This document shows positions 29,263-40,890 of a DNA stretch of 50,076 nt, one piece after another. Below the pieces are notes generated by a model. It was not told where the DNA came from. It did no database searches and saw nothing but the letters and a program-made list of their open reading frames with translations. The stretch's first letter is position 1. Each line of letters opens with the position of its first letter. This stretch comes from Alphaproteobacteria bacterium. Its GTDB lineage: Bacteria; Pseudomonadota; Alphaproteobacteria; CACIAM-22H2. A program made the position numbers and the translations under genes. The stretch covers positions 1 through 50,076 of the forward strand of contig VGEI01000001.1 in the NCBI GenBank assembly GCA_016869415.1, written 5' to 3'.

Positions 29263-29597
29263 TTCTTGCTGCCGGCGTCGACGTTGAAGATTTCGCGCAT
29301 CAGCTTGTGCAGATCGCGCGTTTCCTCGTCGGAAAGCTTGATGCCCTCATGCACGAAGTCCTGGCCTTCGCCAATCGCTCGGTGGCCGCCGGCGATGTAG
29401 ATGTCCATGAGTTCGCTCAGCCGCCGGAAGCTCTGTACCGGCAGCGCCTCAGCGCGCATCTGAAAGACGGCCGTAACCGAGCCGAGCCGCTGCAGGACAC
29501 CCTCCAACTCCTGCTTACGGGGCGCATCCATCTTCGGCGGCGGCGCGTTCTTCGCCTTCTCCGCGCGAATGTCTGCTTCGGTCTTCCAGTTGCTCAT
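29259..29597 (-). CDS. Hypothetical protein (112 aa, Lys/Glu-rich, no family recognised)
   Basis: GGAG RBS 7-10 nt upstream of the ATG. The composition is unlike the Arg/Ala-rich shadow ORFs. Convergent 4-nt overlap with the previous ORF. Confidence 0.55.
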   Translation of the reverse strand: MSNWKTEADIRAEKAKNAPPPKMDAPRKQELEGVLQRLGSVTAVFQMRAEALPVQSFRRLSELMDIYIAGGHRAIGEGQDFVHEGIKLSDEETRDLHKLMREIFNVDAGSKN

Positions 29598-29616
29598 CGG
29601 CGACTCCGGTGAATAA

Positions 29617-29630
29617 ATTTTAGCTAAAAT
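29617..29630. promoter_or_regulatory. 14-bp perfect AT-rich palindrome ATTTTAGCTAAAAT
   Basis: It lies 20-33 nt upstream of the 112-aa ORF start, in an AT-rich patch. It could be a -10-like element or an operator. Confidence 0.3.
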
Positions 29631-29683
29631 ATCATGGGATTGCCGTTTGTAGCATGCACAGCTAGAAAAATTTCTGGATCAAA

Positions 29684-30598
29684 TCAGCCGCGGGAGCGCG
29701 GCTTCGCTATGGCCTGGCTGATCAGGCTGATGAAGCGCTGCACGACGGGTGAACGCTCATTGCGCCGGTGCGCGAAGGTCAGCGGAGCACGCAGCGGCGG
29801 TTTATCATTCAATGGCTTGAACGAGACACCATCCATATGCAGTCCCTGCATCGAGGCTGGGACAATTGACACGCCGAGGCCGGCGGCGACGAGGTTCAGA
29901 GTCGACAACATGCGCGGGGCTTCCTGGCCGACGCGTGGACTGAAGCCAGCGCGGTGGCAGCCGGCGAGGATGGAGTCATAGAGGCCGGGGCCGATGGGGC
30001 GCCGATAGAGAATGAAGGTCTCGGCGGCGAGGGCGGAGAGCGGCAGCGCCGCCTTGTCGTTTCGAGCCAGCGCGTGACCTGCCGGCAGCGCCACGACCAT
30101 CTCCTCCTCGAGTAATGGCCGGACTTCGAGGCCGAGCGGGTCGACGACGGGGGAGCGGATGAACGCCGCGTCGATGCGCTCCTGGCGGACGCCGTCGACG
30201 AGTTCGCTCGTGCCACCTTCCTCCAGCGCCAGCGAGATCAGCGGGTAGGCTTCACGAAAGCCGCGGATGATGCGCGACATGAAGGGATGGAACGGCACGG
30301 AGCTGGTGAAGCCGATGGCGATGCGGCCCTGCTCGCCGCGTGCCGCGCGGCGGGCTGCCGCGACCGCGTGCTCGACGCGTGCCAGGATAGTTCGTGCGTC
30401 GTGGAACAGCGCTTCGCCGGCCTGGGTGAGCTCGACGCCTCGCGACTTGCGGCGGAAGAGCTGGACGTCGAGCTCGGCTTCGAGCGCCCGGATCTGCTGA
30501 CTGAGCGGTGGCTGCTGTATGCCCAGTCGTTCGGCGGCGCGGGTGACGTGCTGCTCCTCGGCGACGGCGACGAAGTAGCGCAGATGGCGTAGCTCCAT
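29684..30598 (-). CDS. LysR-family transcriptional regulator
   Basis: Start at MELRHLRYFVAVAEEQHVTRAAERLGIQQPPLSQQIRALE (canonical LTTR HTH). About 304 aa. Confidence 0.85.
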   Translation of the reverse strand: MELRHLRYFVAVAEEQHVTRAAERLGIQQPPLSQQIRALEAELDVQLFRRKSRGVELTQAGEALFHDARTILARVEHAVAAARRAARGEQGRIAIGFTSSVPFHPFMSRIIRGFREAYPLISLALEEGGTSELVDGVRQERIDAAFIRSPVVDPLGLEVRPLLEEEMVVALPAGHALARNDKAALPLSALAAETFILYRRPIGPGLYDSILAGCHRAGFSPRVGQEAPRMLSTLNLVAAGLGVSIVPASMQGLHMDGVSFKPLNDKPPLRAPLTFAHRRNERSPVVQRFISLISQAIAKPRSRG

Positions 30599-30612
30599 TC
30601 CATACTTGTATA

Positions 30613-30636
30613 ATATGGAAAATCCAATTTCCATAT
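30613..30636. promoter_or_regulatory. 9-bp-arm perfect palindrome ATATGGAAA-N6-TTTCCATAT in the LysR divergent promoter region
   Basis: It lies 15-38 nt upstream of the LysR ATG. A TATAAT hexamer sits at 30609-30614 on the plus strand. Confidence 0.45.
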
Positions 30637-30674
30637 ATTGGACAGATGGACGGCACAGGCCTAGGCTGTGCACC

Positions 30675-30914
30675 ATGAGCGATGCCCTCCGCCTGCTGAC
30701 CGTTCAATTCCTCGCCTGGGTGGCCGAGCGCCCCCGCACCTACGCCGAAACCATGGAGGCTTGGCGCACCAGCTGTCCGCGGCTCTCCGTGTGGGAAGAC
30801 GCGACGATTGCCGGGCTGGTGCGACTGGAAGGCAATGCCGAGCGCCAGACCATGGTGAAGCTGACGGCGGCCGGCCAAGCGGCTCTCGAATCGCAGGCCG
30901 CCGCCGCCCGCTAG
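30675..30914 (+). CDS. Small hypothetical protein (79 aa) divergent from the LysR gene
   Basis: MSDALRLLTVQFLAWVAERPRTYAETMEAWRTSCPRLSVWEDA.... Start chosen at ATG 30675; the track's 30606 start would overlap the palindrome and promoter. Confidence 0.5.
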   Translation: MSDALRLLTVQFLAWVAERPRTYAETMEAWRTSCPRLSVWEDATIAGLVRLEGNAERQTMVKLTAAGQAALESQAAAAR

Positions 30915-31039
30915 CGCCGGGATTTGAAATTAACCAAATTTAACTCTTGGCGTGCTAGATCAACGACTTCTGCGGCGGCAGGCGCGCCTTCAGACGCCGA
31001 CCGTCGTCCATGTTCCTTATTGGGAGAAGGAGCTTTCCC

Positions 31040-33730
<2,691 letters not shown>

Positions 33731-33772
33731 CAGCCCGCAGGGCCTGCCGAAGATCGAATAAGGAAACCGGAG

Positions 33773-33804
33773 ACCGCGGCGGCCTAGAGCCGCCGCGGTT
33801 CTTC
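33773..33804 (+). terminator. Hairpin with a short T-rich tail after acnA
   Basis: ACCGCGGCGGC-CTAGA-GCCGCCGCGGT (11-bp stem) followed by TCTTCC. The loop contains the stop codon of the convergent small ORF. Confidence 0.5.
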
Positions 33805-34068
33805 CACGGTCGGTGGCAGCGGTCGCGGTTTCGCCGGGTTGATCCGGCGGATGACGATATCGCCGTACTCGTTGATCTGCGGCACCTCGTATTGCGGCAG
33901 GCTCTGTAGCGCCAGGCCCAGGGCGCGCAGCAGGTTCTCGATGCCGGCACGCAGCAGCGCTTCGGGCGACTGCTCTTGCCCGGCCTGCGGCGCTGTTTGG
34001 GCGGCGGCGGGGTTGTAAGCCGCGGCCAGCGCGGCGCTGAGCACCAGGGCATAGGCGAGGTTGGTCAT
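33784..34068 (-). CDS. Small secreted hypothetical protein (94 aa)
   Basis: MTNLAYALVLSAALAAAYNPAAAQ signal peptide. Only the C-terminal 94 aa of the 301-aa track ORF look coding. Confidence 0.5.
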   Translation of the reverse strand: MTNLAYALVLSAALAAAYNPAAAQTAPQAGQEQSPEALLRAGIENLLRALGLALQSLPQYEVPQINEYGDIVIRRINPAKPRPLPPTVEEPRRL

Positions 34069-34191
34069 GGCGTGCCTCTCCGGTCGGTCGCCGAGAACAA
34101 CGCGCCAGTCGGCTGTTCTATTCACGCGCCCGTGACGAGGCTCACCGCTTGGTGATTTGCCGCGTGCCGTACGGGGCGCGACACTGATGCC

Positions 34192-34914
34192 ATGAAAACC
34201 CTCATTGCCCTGGTGGCTGTCGCCGGGCTCGCGGCGCCGGCCCTGGCGGCCGAGCGCCTGAACCCGGTCGTGGTCGAGCTGTTCACCAGCCAGGGCTGCA
34301 ACTCCTGTCCGCCGGCCGATATCTACCTCGGAGAACTGGCGAAGCGTCGTGACGTGCTGGCGCTCTCCTGGCACGTCGACTACTGGGATTATATCGGCTG
34401 GAAGGATCCTTTCGCCCAGCCGGCCTTTACCGCGCGCCAACGCAACTATCAGCGCGCGCTCATGCAGCGCTATGTCTACACGCCGCAGATGGTGATCGAC
34501 GGGCGGCTGCAGGGCGTCGGTTCGGAACGCTCGACCATCGACGGTCTGATTGCCCAGGCGGCGCGCCAGCGCGACGTGAATACAGCCAGCCGGCCGTCGC
34601 TGCGACTGGACGGCGATGTGGTGAAAGTCGAAGGCGGCAAGGTCGAAACCGCTGCAGTGGTCTGGCTGGCGGTGTTCGAGCCCGAGCACCGCACCGCGGT
34701 GCGGCGTAACGAGAACGCCGGCCGTAGTCTCGGCAACTACAACGTGGTGCGCGAGCTGCGGGTGCTCGGCCGCTATACCGGCGAGGCCGTCGCACTGCCG
34801 CTGGGCCTCAACGCGGCCATGGCGGGCAAAGGCTGCGCCATCGTTGTGCAGAGCGAGCTGGCCTCAGGCCCAGGAGCGGTTCTCGCCTCGCTTGTCGTCG
34901 ACCCGGCGCGCTAG
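34192..34914 (+). CDS. DUF1223-family secreted thioredoxin-like protein
   Basis: Signal peptide, then VVELFTSQGCNSCPPAD and WHVDYWDYIGWKD, as I remember for DUF1223. Confidence 0.8.
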   Translation: MKTLIALVAVAGLAAPALAAERLNPVVVELFTSQGCNSCPPADIYLGELAKRRDVLALSWHVDYWDYIGWKDPFAQPAFTARQRNYQRALMQRYVYTPQMVIDGRLQGVGSERSTIDGLIAQAARQRDVNTASRPSLRLDGDVVKVEGGKVETAAVVWLAVFEPEHRTAVRRNENAGRSLGNYNVVRELRVLGRYTGEAVALPLGLNAAMAGKGCAIVVQSELASGPGAVLASLVVDPAR

Positions 34915-36782
34915 GCGCCGAAACTCCGTCCCAGCACCGCGGTCATGCGCCGCGCGAAGGCCGCCGGATCGGGGATCGGCTCGCCTTCCAGCAACCGCGC
35001 CTGATCGAGGAGCAGGAAGGCGGCGTCGTTGAGCGGCTCGCTGACGGTCCCCTTGCCGAGCGCCGCGACCAGCGAGCGGATCAGCGCGTGCTCGGGGTTG
35101 ATCTCGAGGATGCGTTTCGACTCTTTTTCGATTTGCTTATGCAGGCGCAGCATGCGCTCGAGATGGATGTCGAGATCGTTCTCGTCGGCAACCAGGCAGA
35201 CCGGGCTGTCGGTCAGGCGCTGCGACACGCGCACATCTTTAACCGCGTCCTGCAGTGTGAGCCGCAGCAGGGCGAGCAGCGGCGCCATGTCGGCCTCGGC
35301 TTCAGTCGCCTTCTTTTCGGCCCCCTCGGGCAGCGGGATCTTGCTGAGATCGGCGCCACCCCGTGTCACCGACTTGAACTTCTTTCCCCGATAGACGCCG
35401 ACCTGCGCCGTCCAAAACTCGTCGACCGGGTCGTTGAGCAGAAGCACCTCGACACCGCGCTTGCGGTAGCCTTCGAGATGCGGGCTGGTGGCCAACGCGG
35501 CCTGCTCGTCGCCGGCTATGTAGTAGATCGCTTCCTGGCCTTCCTTCATACGGCCGACATAGTCGGCCAGGCTGTGCAGGCCGGCTCCCTGCGTGCTGGC
35601 GAAACGCGCTAGGCCAAATAGTTTGTCGCGATTGGGCGGATCCTCGTAGAGGCCTTCCTTGAGGACGGCGCCGAAACTCTCCCAGAACTTCGTGTAGTCC
35701 TCGGCCGAGTCCTTCGCTTTTTTCTCCAGTTCGCCCAGCAGGCGGCTGACAACGCCGTTGCGGATCAGCGCGAGAACGGGATTGTTCTGTAGCATCTCGC
35801 GGCTGATGTTGAGCGGCAGATCTTCGGAATCAATCACGCCACGCAGGAAGCGCAGATAGCCCGGGAGCAGATCCTTCTCGCCGTCGGTGATGAAGACGCG
35901 GCGGACATAGAGCTTCACCCCGTGTTTGCGGTCGGGATGGAACAGGTCGAGCGTACGCGAGGCGGGGACGTAAAGCAGGCCGGTGTATTCGATTTTTCCC
36001 TCGGCCCGCCAGTGCAAGGTGAGCCAGGGCTCATCGAAGGCATGGGCGACGTGGTGATAGAACTCCTTATGCTGCTCGGCGGTGACCTCATTGCGTGGGC
36101 GCATCCACAGCGCCGAGGCCCGGTTGAGCGTCTCGCCCTTCTCGCCGCCGAGGCGGATCGGGATTGCCACATGGTCCGAGTACTGGCGGACGACGGCGCG
36201 CAGGTTCTCCGGGTCGAGGAATTCGCCGGCATCCTCGCGCATATGCAGGATGACCGAGGTGCCGGGCGCCTTGCGCTCGGCCAGCTCAAGGGTGAACTCG
36301 CCCTTGCCGTCGGAGGACCAGCGCCACGCCTGCTCGTCGCCGGCCTTGCGCGTCTCGACGGTGACACGGTCGGCCACCATGAAGGCCGAATAGAAGCCGA
36401 CACCGAACTGACCGATCAGCGGCAGATCCTTCTTGGCGTCGCCGGTGAGCGACTTGACGAAGGCGGCGGTGCCAGAACGGGCGATGGTCCCGAGATTCTC
36501 GACGAGGTCCGCGCGGTTCATGCCGATGCCGTTGTCGCCCACGGTCAGCGTGCGGGCCTGGGTATCGAGTATGAGCTCGATCCGGTACTCGTTGTCGGGC
36601 GGGGCGAGCTCGGGGCGGGTCAGTGCTTCGTAGCGCCGACGGTCGCAAGCGTCTGAGCCGTTGGAGATCAGCTCGCGCAAGAAGACGCGGCGGTCGCTGT
36701 AGAGCGAATGGGCAACGATATCGAGCAGCCGGCCAACTTCGGCCTGGAAGCTCAGGGTTTCGGGGGCGGCGGTCTGGCTCAT
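34911..36782 (-). CDS. htpG: Molecular chaperone HtpG (Hsp90)
   Basis: Bergerat-fold motif RELISNGSDA and GQFGVGFYSAFMVA. Start taken at MSQTAAPETLSFQAEV. Confidence 0.92.
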   Translation of the reverse strand: MSQTAAPETLSFQAEVGRLLDIVAHSLYSDRRVFLRELISNGSDACDRRRYEALTRPELAPPDNEYRIELILDTQARTLTVGDNGIGMNRADLVENLGTIARSGTAAFVKSLTGDAKKDLPLIGQFGVGFYSAFMVADRVTVETRKAGDEQAWRWSSDGKGEFTLELAERKAPGTSVILHMREDAGEFLDPENLRAVVRQYSDHVAIPIRLGGEKGETLNRASALWMRPRNEVTAEQHKEFYHHVAHAFDEPWLTLHWRAEGKIEYTGLLYVPASRTLDLFHPDRKHGVKLYVRRVFITDGEKDLLPGYLRFLRGVIDSEDLPLNISREMLQNNPVLALIRNGVVSRLLGELEKKAKDSAEDYTKFWESFGAVLKEGLYEDPPNRDKLFGLARFASTQGAGLHSLADYVGRMKEGQEAIYYIAGDEQAALATSPHLEGYRKRGVEVLLLNDPVDEFWTAQVGVYRGKKFKSVTRGGADLSKIPLPEGAEKKATEAEADMAPLLALLRLTLQDAVKDVRVSQRLTDSPVCLVADENDLDIHLERMLRLHKQIEKESKRILEINPEHALIRSLVAALGKGTVSEPLNDAAFLLLDQARLLEGEPIPDPAAFARRMTAVLGRSFGA

Positions 36783-36816
36783 GGCTATCGGGTATGGGGG
36801 TATGCTTGTGGTCAGC

Positions 36817-36849
36817 ATTTAGGCAAAGAACGATGCTTGGACAAGGGGG
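36817..36849 (-). promoter_or_regulatory. Candidate RpoH (sigma-32)-type promoter for htpG
   Basis: Minus strand reads CCCCCTTG-N18-CCTAAAT, 35-41 nt upstream of the ATG. It resembles but does not exactly match the alpha-proteobacterial CTTG-N17-CYTATNT. Confidence 0.3.
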
Positions 36850-36926
36850 AAGATCGCTTCTGGCAAGCAGGCCAGCGCAGCCCGTTAAAGCTTGAATCTC
36901 CGGGCGAATCGTCCAATTCTTGAGGT

Positions 36927-39434
36927 GTGAACACGGACGGCGGGTCTTCGCGACCGCTTGTAGGCGGGGCGCGGATCGTCGCGGTGTTGGGGCCGACCAA
37001 CACCGGCAAGACCCATCTGGCGCTTGAGCGGATGCTCGCGCATCGCAGCGGCATGATCGGCTTTCCGCTGCGTCTCCTGGCCCGCGAGAACTATGACAAG
37101 ATTGCGCGCCTCAAGGGCCGCGACAGCGTGGCCTTGGTGACCGGCGAGGAGCGTATCCTGCCGCCCAGCCCGCGCTGGTTCGTCTGCACGGTCGAGGCGA
37201 TGCCGCTGGACCGCGAGGTCGCCTTTCTTGCCATCGACGAGATCCAGATGGCGGCCGATCGCGAGCGCGGCCATGTCTTCACCGACCGGCTGCTGCACGC
37301 CCGCGGCTATGCCGAGACTATGTTCCTTGGTGCCGAGACCGCCAGGCGCCTCATCCGCGTCCTGGTACCGGGTGTCGAGTTCATCGCCCGGCCGCGCTTC
37401 TCCACCCTGAGCTGGACCGGCCCGAAGAAGATCACACGCCTGCCGCGGCGCTCGGCTGCGGTCGCCTTCTCGGCGGCCGAGGTCTACGGCATGGCCGAGC
37501 TGGTGCGCCGCCAGCGCGGTGGTGCCGCCGTGGTCTTCGGTGCGCTCAGCCCGCGCACGCGCAACGCCCAGGTGGCGATGTACCAGGCCGGCGAGGTCGA
37601 TTTCCTGGTCGCCACCGATGCCATCGGCATGGGTCTGAACATGGACATCGACCACGTCGCCTTCGCCCAGCTGACGAAGTTCGACGGGCGAGGCATGCGG
37701 CGGCTTACCCCGGCAGAGCTCGGGCAGATTGCCGGGCGCGCCGGCCGTCACATGAACAACGGCACCTTCGGCACGACAACCAATGTCGGCGGCCGCGAGC
37801 TTGGGGCGCTCGATCCGGAGGTGATCACTGCCATCGAGGAGCATCGCTTCCCAGCCCTGGCCGCGTTCCAGTGGCGCAACACCGCTCTCGATTTCGCTTC
37901 GCCCGGCGCCCTGCTGGCTAGCCTCGAAGCCCCACCGCCGGTGCAGGGCCTGTTACGCACCCGCGATGCTGATGACCATCTGACACTGGCGGCGCTGGCC
38001 CGAGATCCGGCGGTCGGCACGCTGCGCGGCGAGCGGGACATCAAGCTGCTGTGGGAGACCTGCCAGATCCCGGATTTCCGCAAGGCCTTGGGCGACGCGC
38101 ATGTCAACCTGGTGGCGCGCATCTTCGGCCATCTGTGCCGCGAAGGAAGGCTGCCGACCGACTGGATAGCGAGCCAGATCGCGCGGCTGAGCAACGTCGA
38201 GGGGGATATCGATGCGCTGCTTGAGCGTATCGCGCGGATCCGCACCTGGACCTACGTATCGCATCGTCCGCACTGGCTGGAAGACGCGGAGCACTGGCAG
38301 GCGCGGGCGCGTGAGGTCGAGGATCGCCTCTCAGATGTGCTGCACGAGCGGCTGACGCAGCGTTTCGTCGACCGCCGCGCCGCCGCGGTTGCCCGGGCGC
38401 GCAAGGCCGGCGGCGGCCTTGCTGCGGCGGTCAACGACCAGGGCGAGGTGCTGGTCGAGGGCGAGTTTGCCGGCAAGCTCGAAGGCTTCAATTTCGTTGC
38501 CGACAGCGAAGCGCGCGACGGCGGCGGACGCGATCTGCTGGCAGCTGCCAACAAGGCGCTGCGGCGCGACGCCGGCGGGCGCGTGCGCAGCTTCCTCGCC
38601 GCCGGCGACGCTGCGTTCGCGCTCGACGAGCGCGGCCTGGTGCGCTGGCAAGGCCAGCCGGTCGCGCGGCTGATGGCCGGCGACACGCCGCTCTCTCCGC
38701 GCGTCGACACCCTGCCGGCCGATCTGCTGGAGCCCCGCCATCGCGACGACGTCCGCCGGCATCTGCAGGGCTGGGTCGACCGCCATATCGCGGGCGTCTT
38801 GGCGCCGCTCTGCACCCTGCGCGATGCGCCGTTGACCGGTGCCGCCCGCGGCCTGGCCTTTGAGCTGGCGCTGCGGCTCGGCTGTGTGGTCCGGCGCGAG
38901 GTCTCCGCCCAGCTCGAGGCCTTCGGCAAGCAGGATCGCGGTGCGCTGGCGCGGCTCGGCGTCCATTTCGGCCAGATCGCCATCTATCTTCCGGCGCTGC
39001 AGAATCAATCGAGCACGATGCTACGCGCCGTGCTCTGGGCTTGCGCCCACGGCCGCGACCCTGCCGAGGCCATCGCCGCCATTCCCCGGCAACGCTCCAT
39101 CCGGCGCGATGCCGCGACGCTGCCGGCGGGTTTCTACACCGCCTGTCTCTATCTTGCCGTCGGCCCCGTCATTGCGCGCGCGGACCGGGTCGAAAGCCTG
39201 GCCGGGCGGCTTCGGGGCCTCGCCAAGAGGGGACCGTTTGCTGCGACGCGCGACTTCGCTACGTCGATCGGCGTTGCCGAGAACGATCTGGCCGGCGTGC
39301 TGGCCGCGCTCGGCTATCGCGCCATGCCGGGCATGGTCTTCGTACCGCGGCCGGCTCGCCGCGACGCGCCACGGACGAGTGCGCACGACGAGGCGTCGCC
39401 CTTCGCCAGCCTGCGCCGGCTCAAGCCGCAGTGA
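36927..39434 (+). CDS. SUV3-like ATP-dependent RNA/DNA helicase with a long C-terminal extension
   Basis: Walker A GPTNTGKTH, DExQ box IDEIQM, helicase C motifs (ATDAIGMGLN, QIAGRAGR). 835 aa from GTG 36927; the start is uncertain. Confidence 0.8.
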   Translation: MNTDGGSSRPLVGGARIVAVLGPTNTGKTHLALERMLAHRSGMIGFPLRLLARENYDKIARLKGRDSVALVTGEERILPPSPRWFVCTVEAMPLDREVAFLAIDEIQMAADRERGHVFTDRLLHARGYAETMFLGAETARRLIRVLVPGVEFIARPRFSTLSWTGPKKITRLPRRSAAVAFSAAEVYGMAELVRRQRGGAAVVFGALSPRTRNAQVAMYQAGEVDFLVATDAIGMGLNMDIDHVAFAQLTKFDGRGMRRLTPAELGQIAGRAGRHMNNGTFGTTTNVGGRELGALDPEVITAIEEHRFPALAAFQWRNTALDFASPGALLASLEAPPPVQGLLRTRDADDHLTLAALARDPAVGTLRGERDIKLLWETCQIPDFRKALGDAHVNLVARIFGHLCREGRLPTDWIASQIARLSNVEGDIDALLERIARIRTWTYVSHRPHWLEDAEHWQARAREVEDRLSDVLHERLTQRFVDRRAAAVARARKAGGGLAAAVNDQGEVLVEGEFAGKLEGFNFVADSEARDGGGRDLLAAANKALRRDAGGRVRSFLAAGDAAFALDERGLVRWQGQPVARLMAGDTPLSPRVDTLPADLLEPRHRDDVRRHLQGWVDRHIAGVLAPLCTLRDAPLTGAARGLAFELALRLGCVVRREVSAQLEAFGKQDRGALARLGVHFGQIAIYLPALQNQSSTMLRAVLWACAHGRDPAEAIAAIPRQRSIRRDAATLPAGFYTACLYLAVGPVIARADRVESLAGRLRGLAKRGPFAATRDFATSIGVAENDLAGVLAALGYRAMPGMVFVPRPARRDAPRTSAHDEASPFASLRRLKPQ

Positions 39435-39823
39435 GCGAGACCAGCCAGCGCCTGGACAAGTGGCTGTGGTGCGCCCGTTTCTTCAAGTCGCGCAGCCTTG
39501 CGGCAAAGTTCTGCGAGGAAGGTCGGTTGCGCGTGTCGGGTCAGGCGACGCACAAAGCCCACTACGGCGTCCGGCCGGGCGATGTCTTAACCTTTCCGCT
39601 GGGCCCCCATATCCGAGTGATCAAGATCCTTGCCCTGGCCGTGCGGCGTGGGCCGGCGCCGGAGGCTCGGACGCTCTATGACGACCTGTCATGTCCGGTT
39701 TCGCTTGATTCGCCGGCTGCGAACCCGGAAATTGGCCGCCGCGATGCGGGGACGGGGCGGCCCACCAAGGCCGAACGCCGCGCCATCGATCGGTTGCACG
39801 CGGGCCGCGTCACCGACGAGTGA
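39431..39823 (+). CDS. S4-domain RNA-binding protein (Hsp15/HslR-like)
   Basis: GTG start overlaps the helicase stop (GTGA). N-terminus SETSQRLDKWLWCARFFKSRSLAAKFCEEGRLRVSG is a typical S4 domain. Confidence 0.75.
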   Translation: MSETSQRLDKWLWCARFFKSRSLAAKFCEEGRLRVSGQATHKAHYGVRPGDVLTFPLGPHIRVIKILALAVRRGPAPEARTLYDDLSCPVSLDSPAANPEIGRRDAGTGRPTKAERRAIDRLHAGRVTDE

Positions 39824-39846
39824 CTGTCGGCCAAGGGAGGTTTGTG

Positions 39847-40821
39847 GTGGAACTCGACGCGCAATTTTGGCTGGCGCTGCTTCAGATCATCGGCATCAAC
39901 ATCATCCTGTCGGGCGACAACGCGGTGGTCATCGCGCTGGCCTGCCGCAACCTTCCGCCGAAGCAGCAGAAATGGGGCATCATCCTCGGTGCTGGTGCCG
40001 CCGTCGTGCTGCGCGTCATCTTCACGATCTTCATCGTCTATCTGATGACGATCCCCTACCTCAAGTTCGTTGGCGGTTTGCTCCTCTTCTGGATCGGTTA
40101 CAAGCTGATGATGCCGCAGGACGACCACGGTGACGTCGATGCCGGCGCCAATCTCATGGCCGCGGTGCGCATCGTGCTGATCGCCGATGCGGTGATGAGC
40201 CTCGACAACGTCATTGCCGTCGCGGCGGCCGCCAAGGGCAGCTACGCCCTGCTGATCATCGGCCTGGTCATCAGCGTGCCGCTGGTCGTCTACGGTGCGA
40301 CACTGCTGATCACTCTGATCAACCGCTGGCCGGTCATCATCCCTGGCGGTGCGGCGCTCATCGGCTATATCGGCGCCGAGGTCATGATCACCGATCTGGC
40401 GATTGAGCCGTGGATCGAGGCCAATGCCCATTGGCTGCACGACTGGGGTCCGCTGCTCGGCGCCGTGGGCATCGTGGCGGTTGGCCGGTTCATTGCCCCG
40501 CCGCCTGCCCCCAGCGCGGCCACGGTCGCCGGCGAGGCGGCGGGTGCTGCCGCGGTGGCGGGTGCGGCGGTCGGCATGCAATTGCTTGCCCGTCTCGTGA
40601 TTTCGCGTGCCCCCCTGCTGGTCGCCACCGGCGCGAGCGCCTTGGGCTACAACGCCGGCGTTGCGTCCCCGGGCGAGGCCGATCCGGGGGCCATGGTGAC
40701 CACCATGCTTGCCATCCGGCCGGTCTTCGCAGCGGTGATTGCAGTGCTGGTCGGGGAGATCGTCGGATGGGCTGCCCGCCGTATGAAGGGAGCGCCCGCC
40801 GCCAGCCACTCCCACTCCTGA
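39847..40821 (+). CDS. TerC-family (YjbE-like) integral membrane protein with an Ala/Gly-rich C-terminal extension of about 110 aa
   Basis: Motifs SGDNAVVIA and SLDNVIAVA. AAGGGAGG RBS at 39833-39840; GTG 39847 gives the best spacing. Confidence 0.78.
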   Translation: MELDAQFWLALLQIIGINIILSGDNAVVIALACRNLPPKQQKWGIILGAGAAVVLRVIFTIFIVYLMTIPYLKFVGGLLLFWIGYKLMMPQDDHGDVDAGANLMAAVRIVLIADAVMSLDNVIAVAAAAKGSYALLIIGLVISVPLVVYGATLLITLINRWPVIIPGGAALIGYIGAEVMITDLAIEPWIEANAHWLHDWGPLLGAVGIVAVGRFIAPPPAPSAATVAGEAAGAAAVAGAAVGMQLLARLVISRAPLLVATGASALGYNAGVASPGEADPGAMVTTMLAIRPVFAAVIAVLVGEIVGWAARRMKGAPAASHSHS

Positions 40822-40836
40822 GTATCTGTATCTTGC

Positions 40837-40876
40837 GCGCCGCCGGCACCCGAGATGTCGGCGGCGCTTTCCATTT
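40837..40876 (+). terminator. Intrinsic terminator between the two TerC genes
   Basis: GCGCCGCCG (40837-40845) pairs with CGGCGGCGC (40859-40867) around a 13-nt loop. Tail TTTCCATTT. Confidence 0.6.
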
Positions 40877-40890
40877 AGGCGAATAAACCC

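Noticed and set aside
28881-29612. 243-aa plus-strand ORF
   Set aside because: It is an Arg-rich alternative frame overlapping both the secreted orphan ORF and, in antisense, the 112-aa ORF. It has no RBS.
34069-34689. Upstream 207 aa of the 301-aa track ORF 33784-34689
   Set aside because: It overlaps the DUF1223 gene in antisense and looks non-coding. Only the C-terminal 94 aa, starting with a signal peptide at ATG 34068, are plausible.
36885-37844. 319-aa ORF on the minus strand
   Set aside because: Antisense to the helicase N-terminal domain, which has Walker A and DEIQ motifs. Shadow ORF.
39676-40815. 379-aa ORF on the minus strand
   Set aside because: Antisense to the first TerC-family gene. 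Its Arg/Asp/His-rich composition has no motifs.
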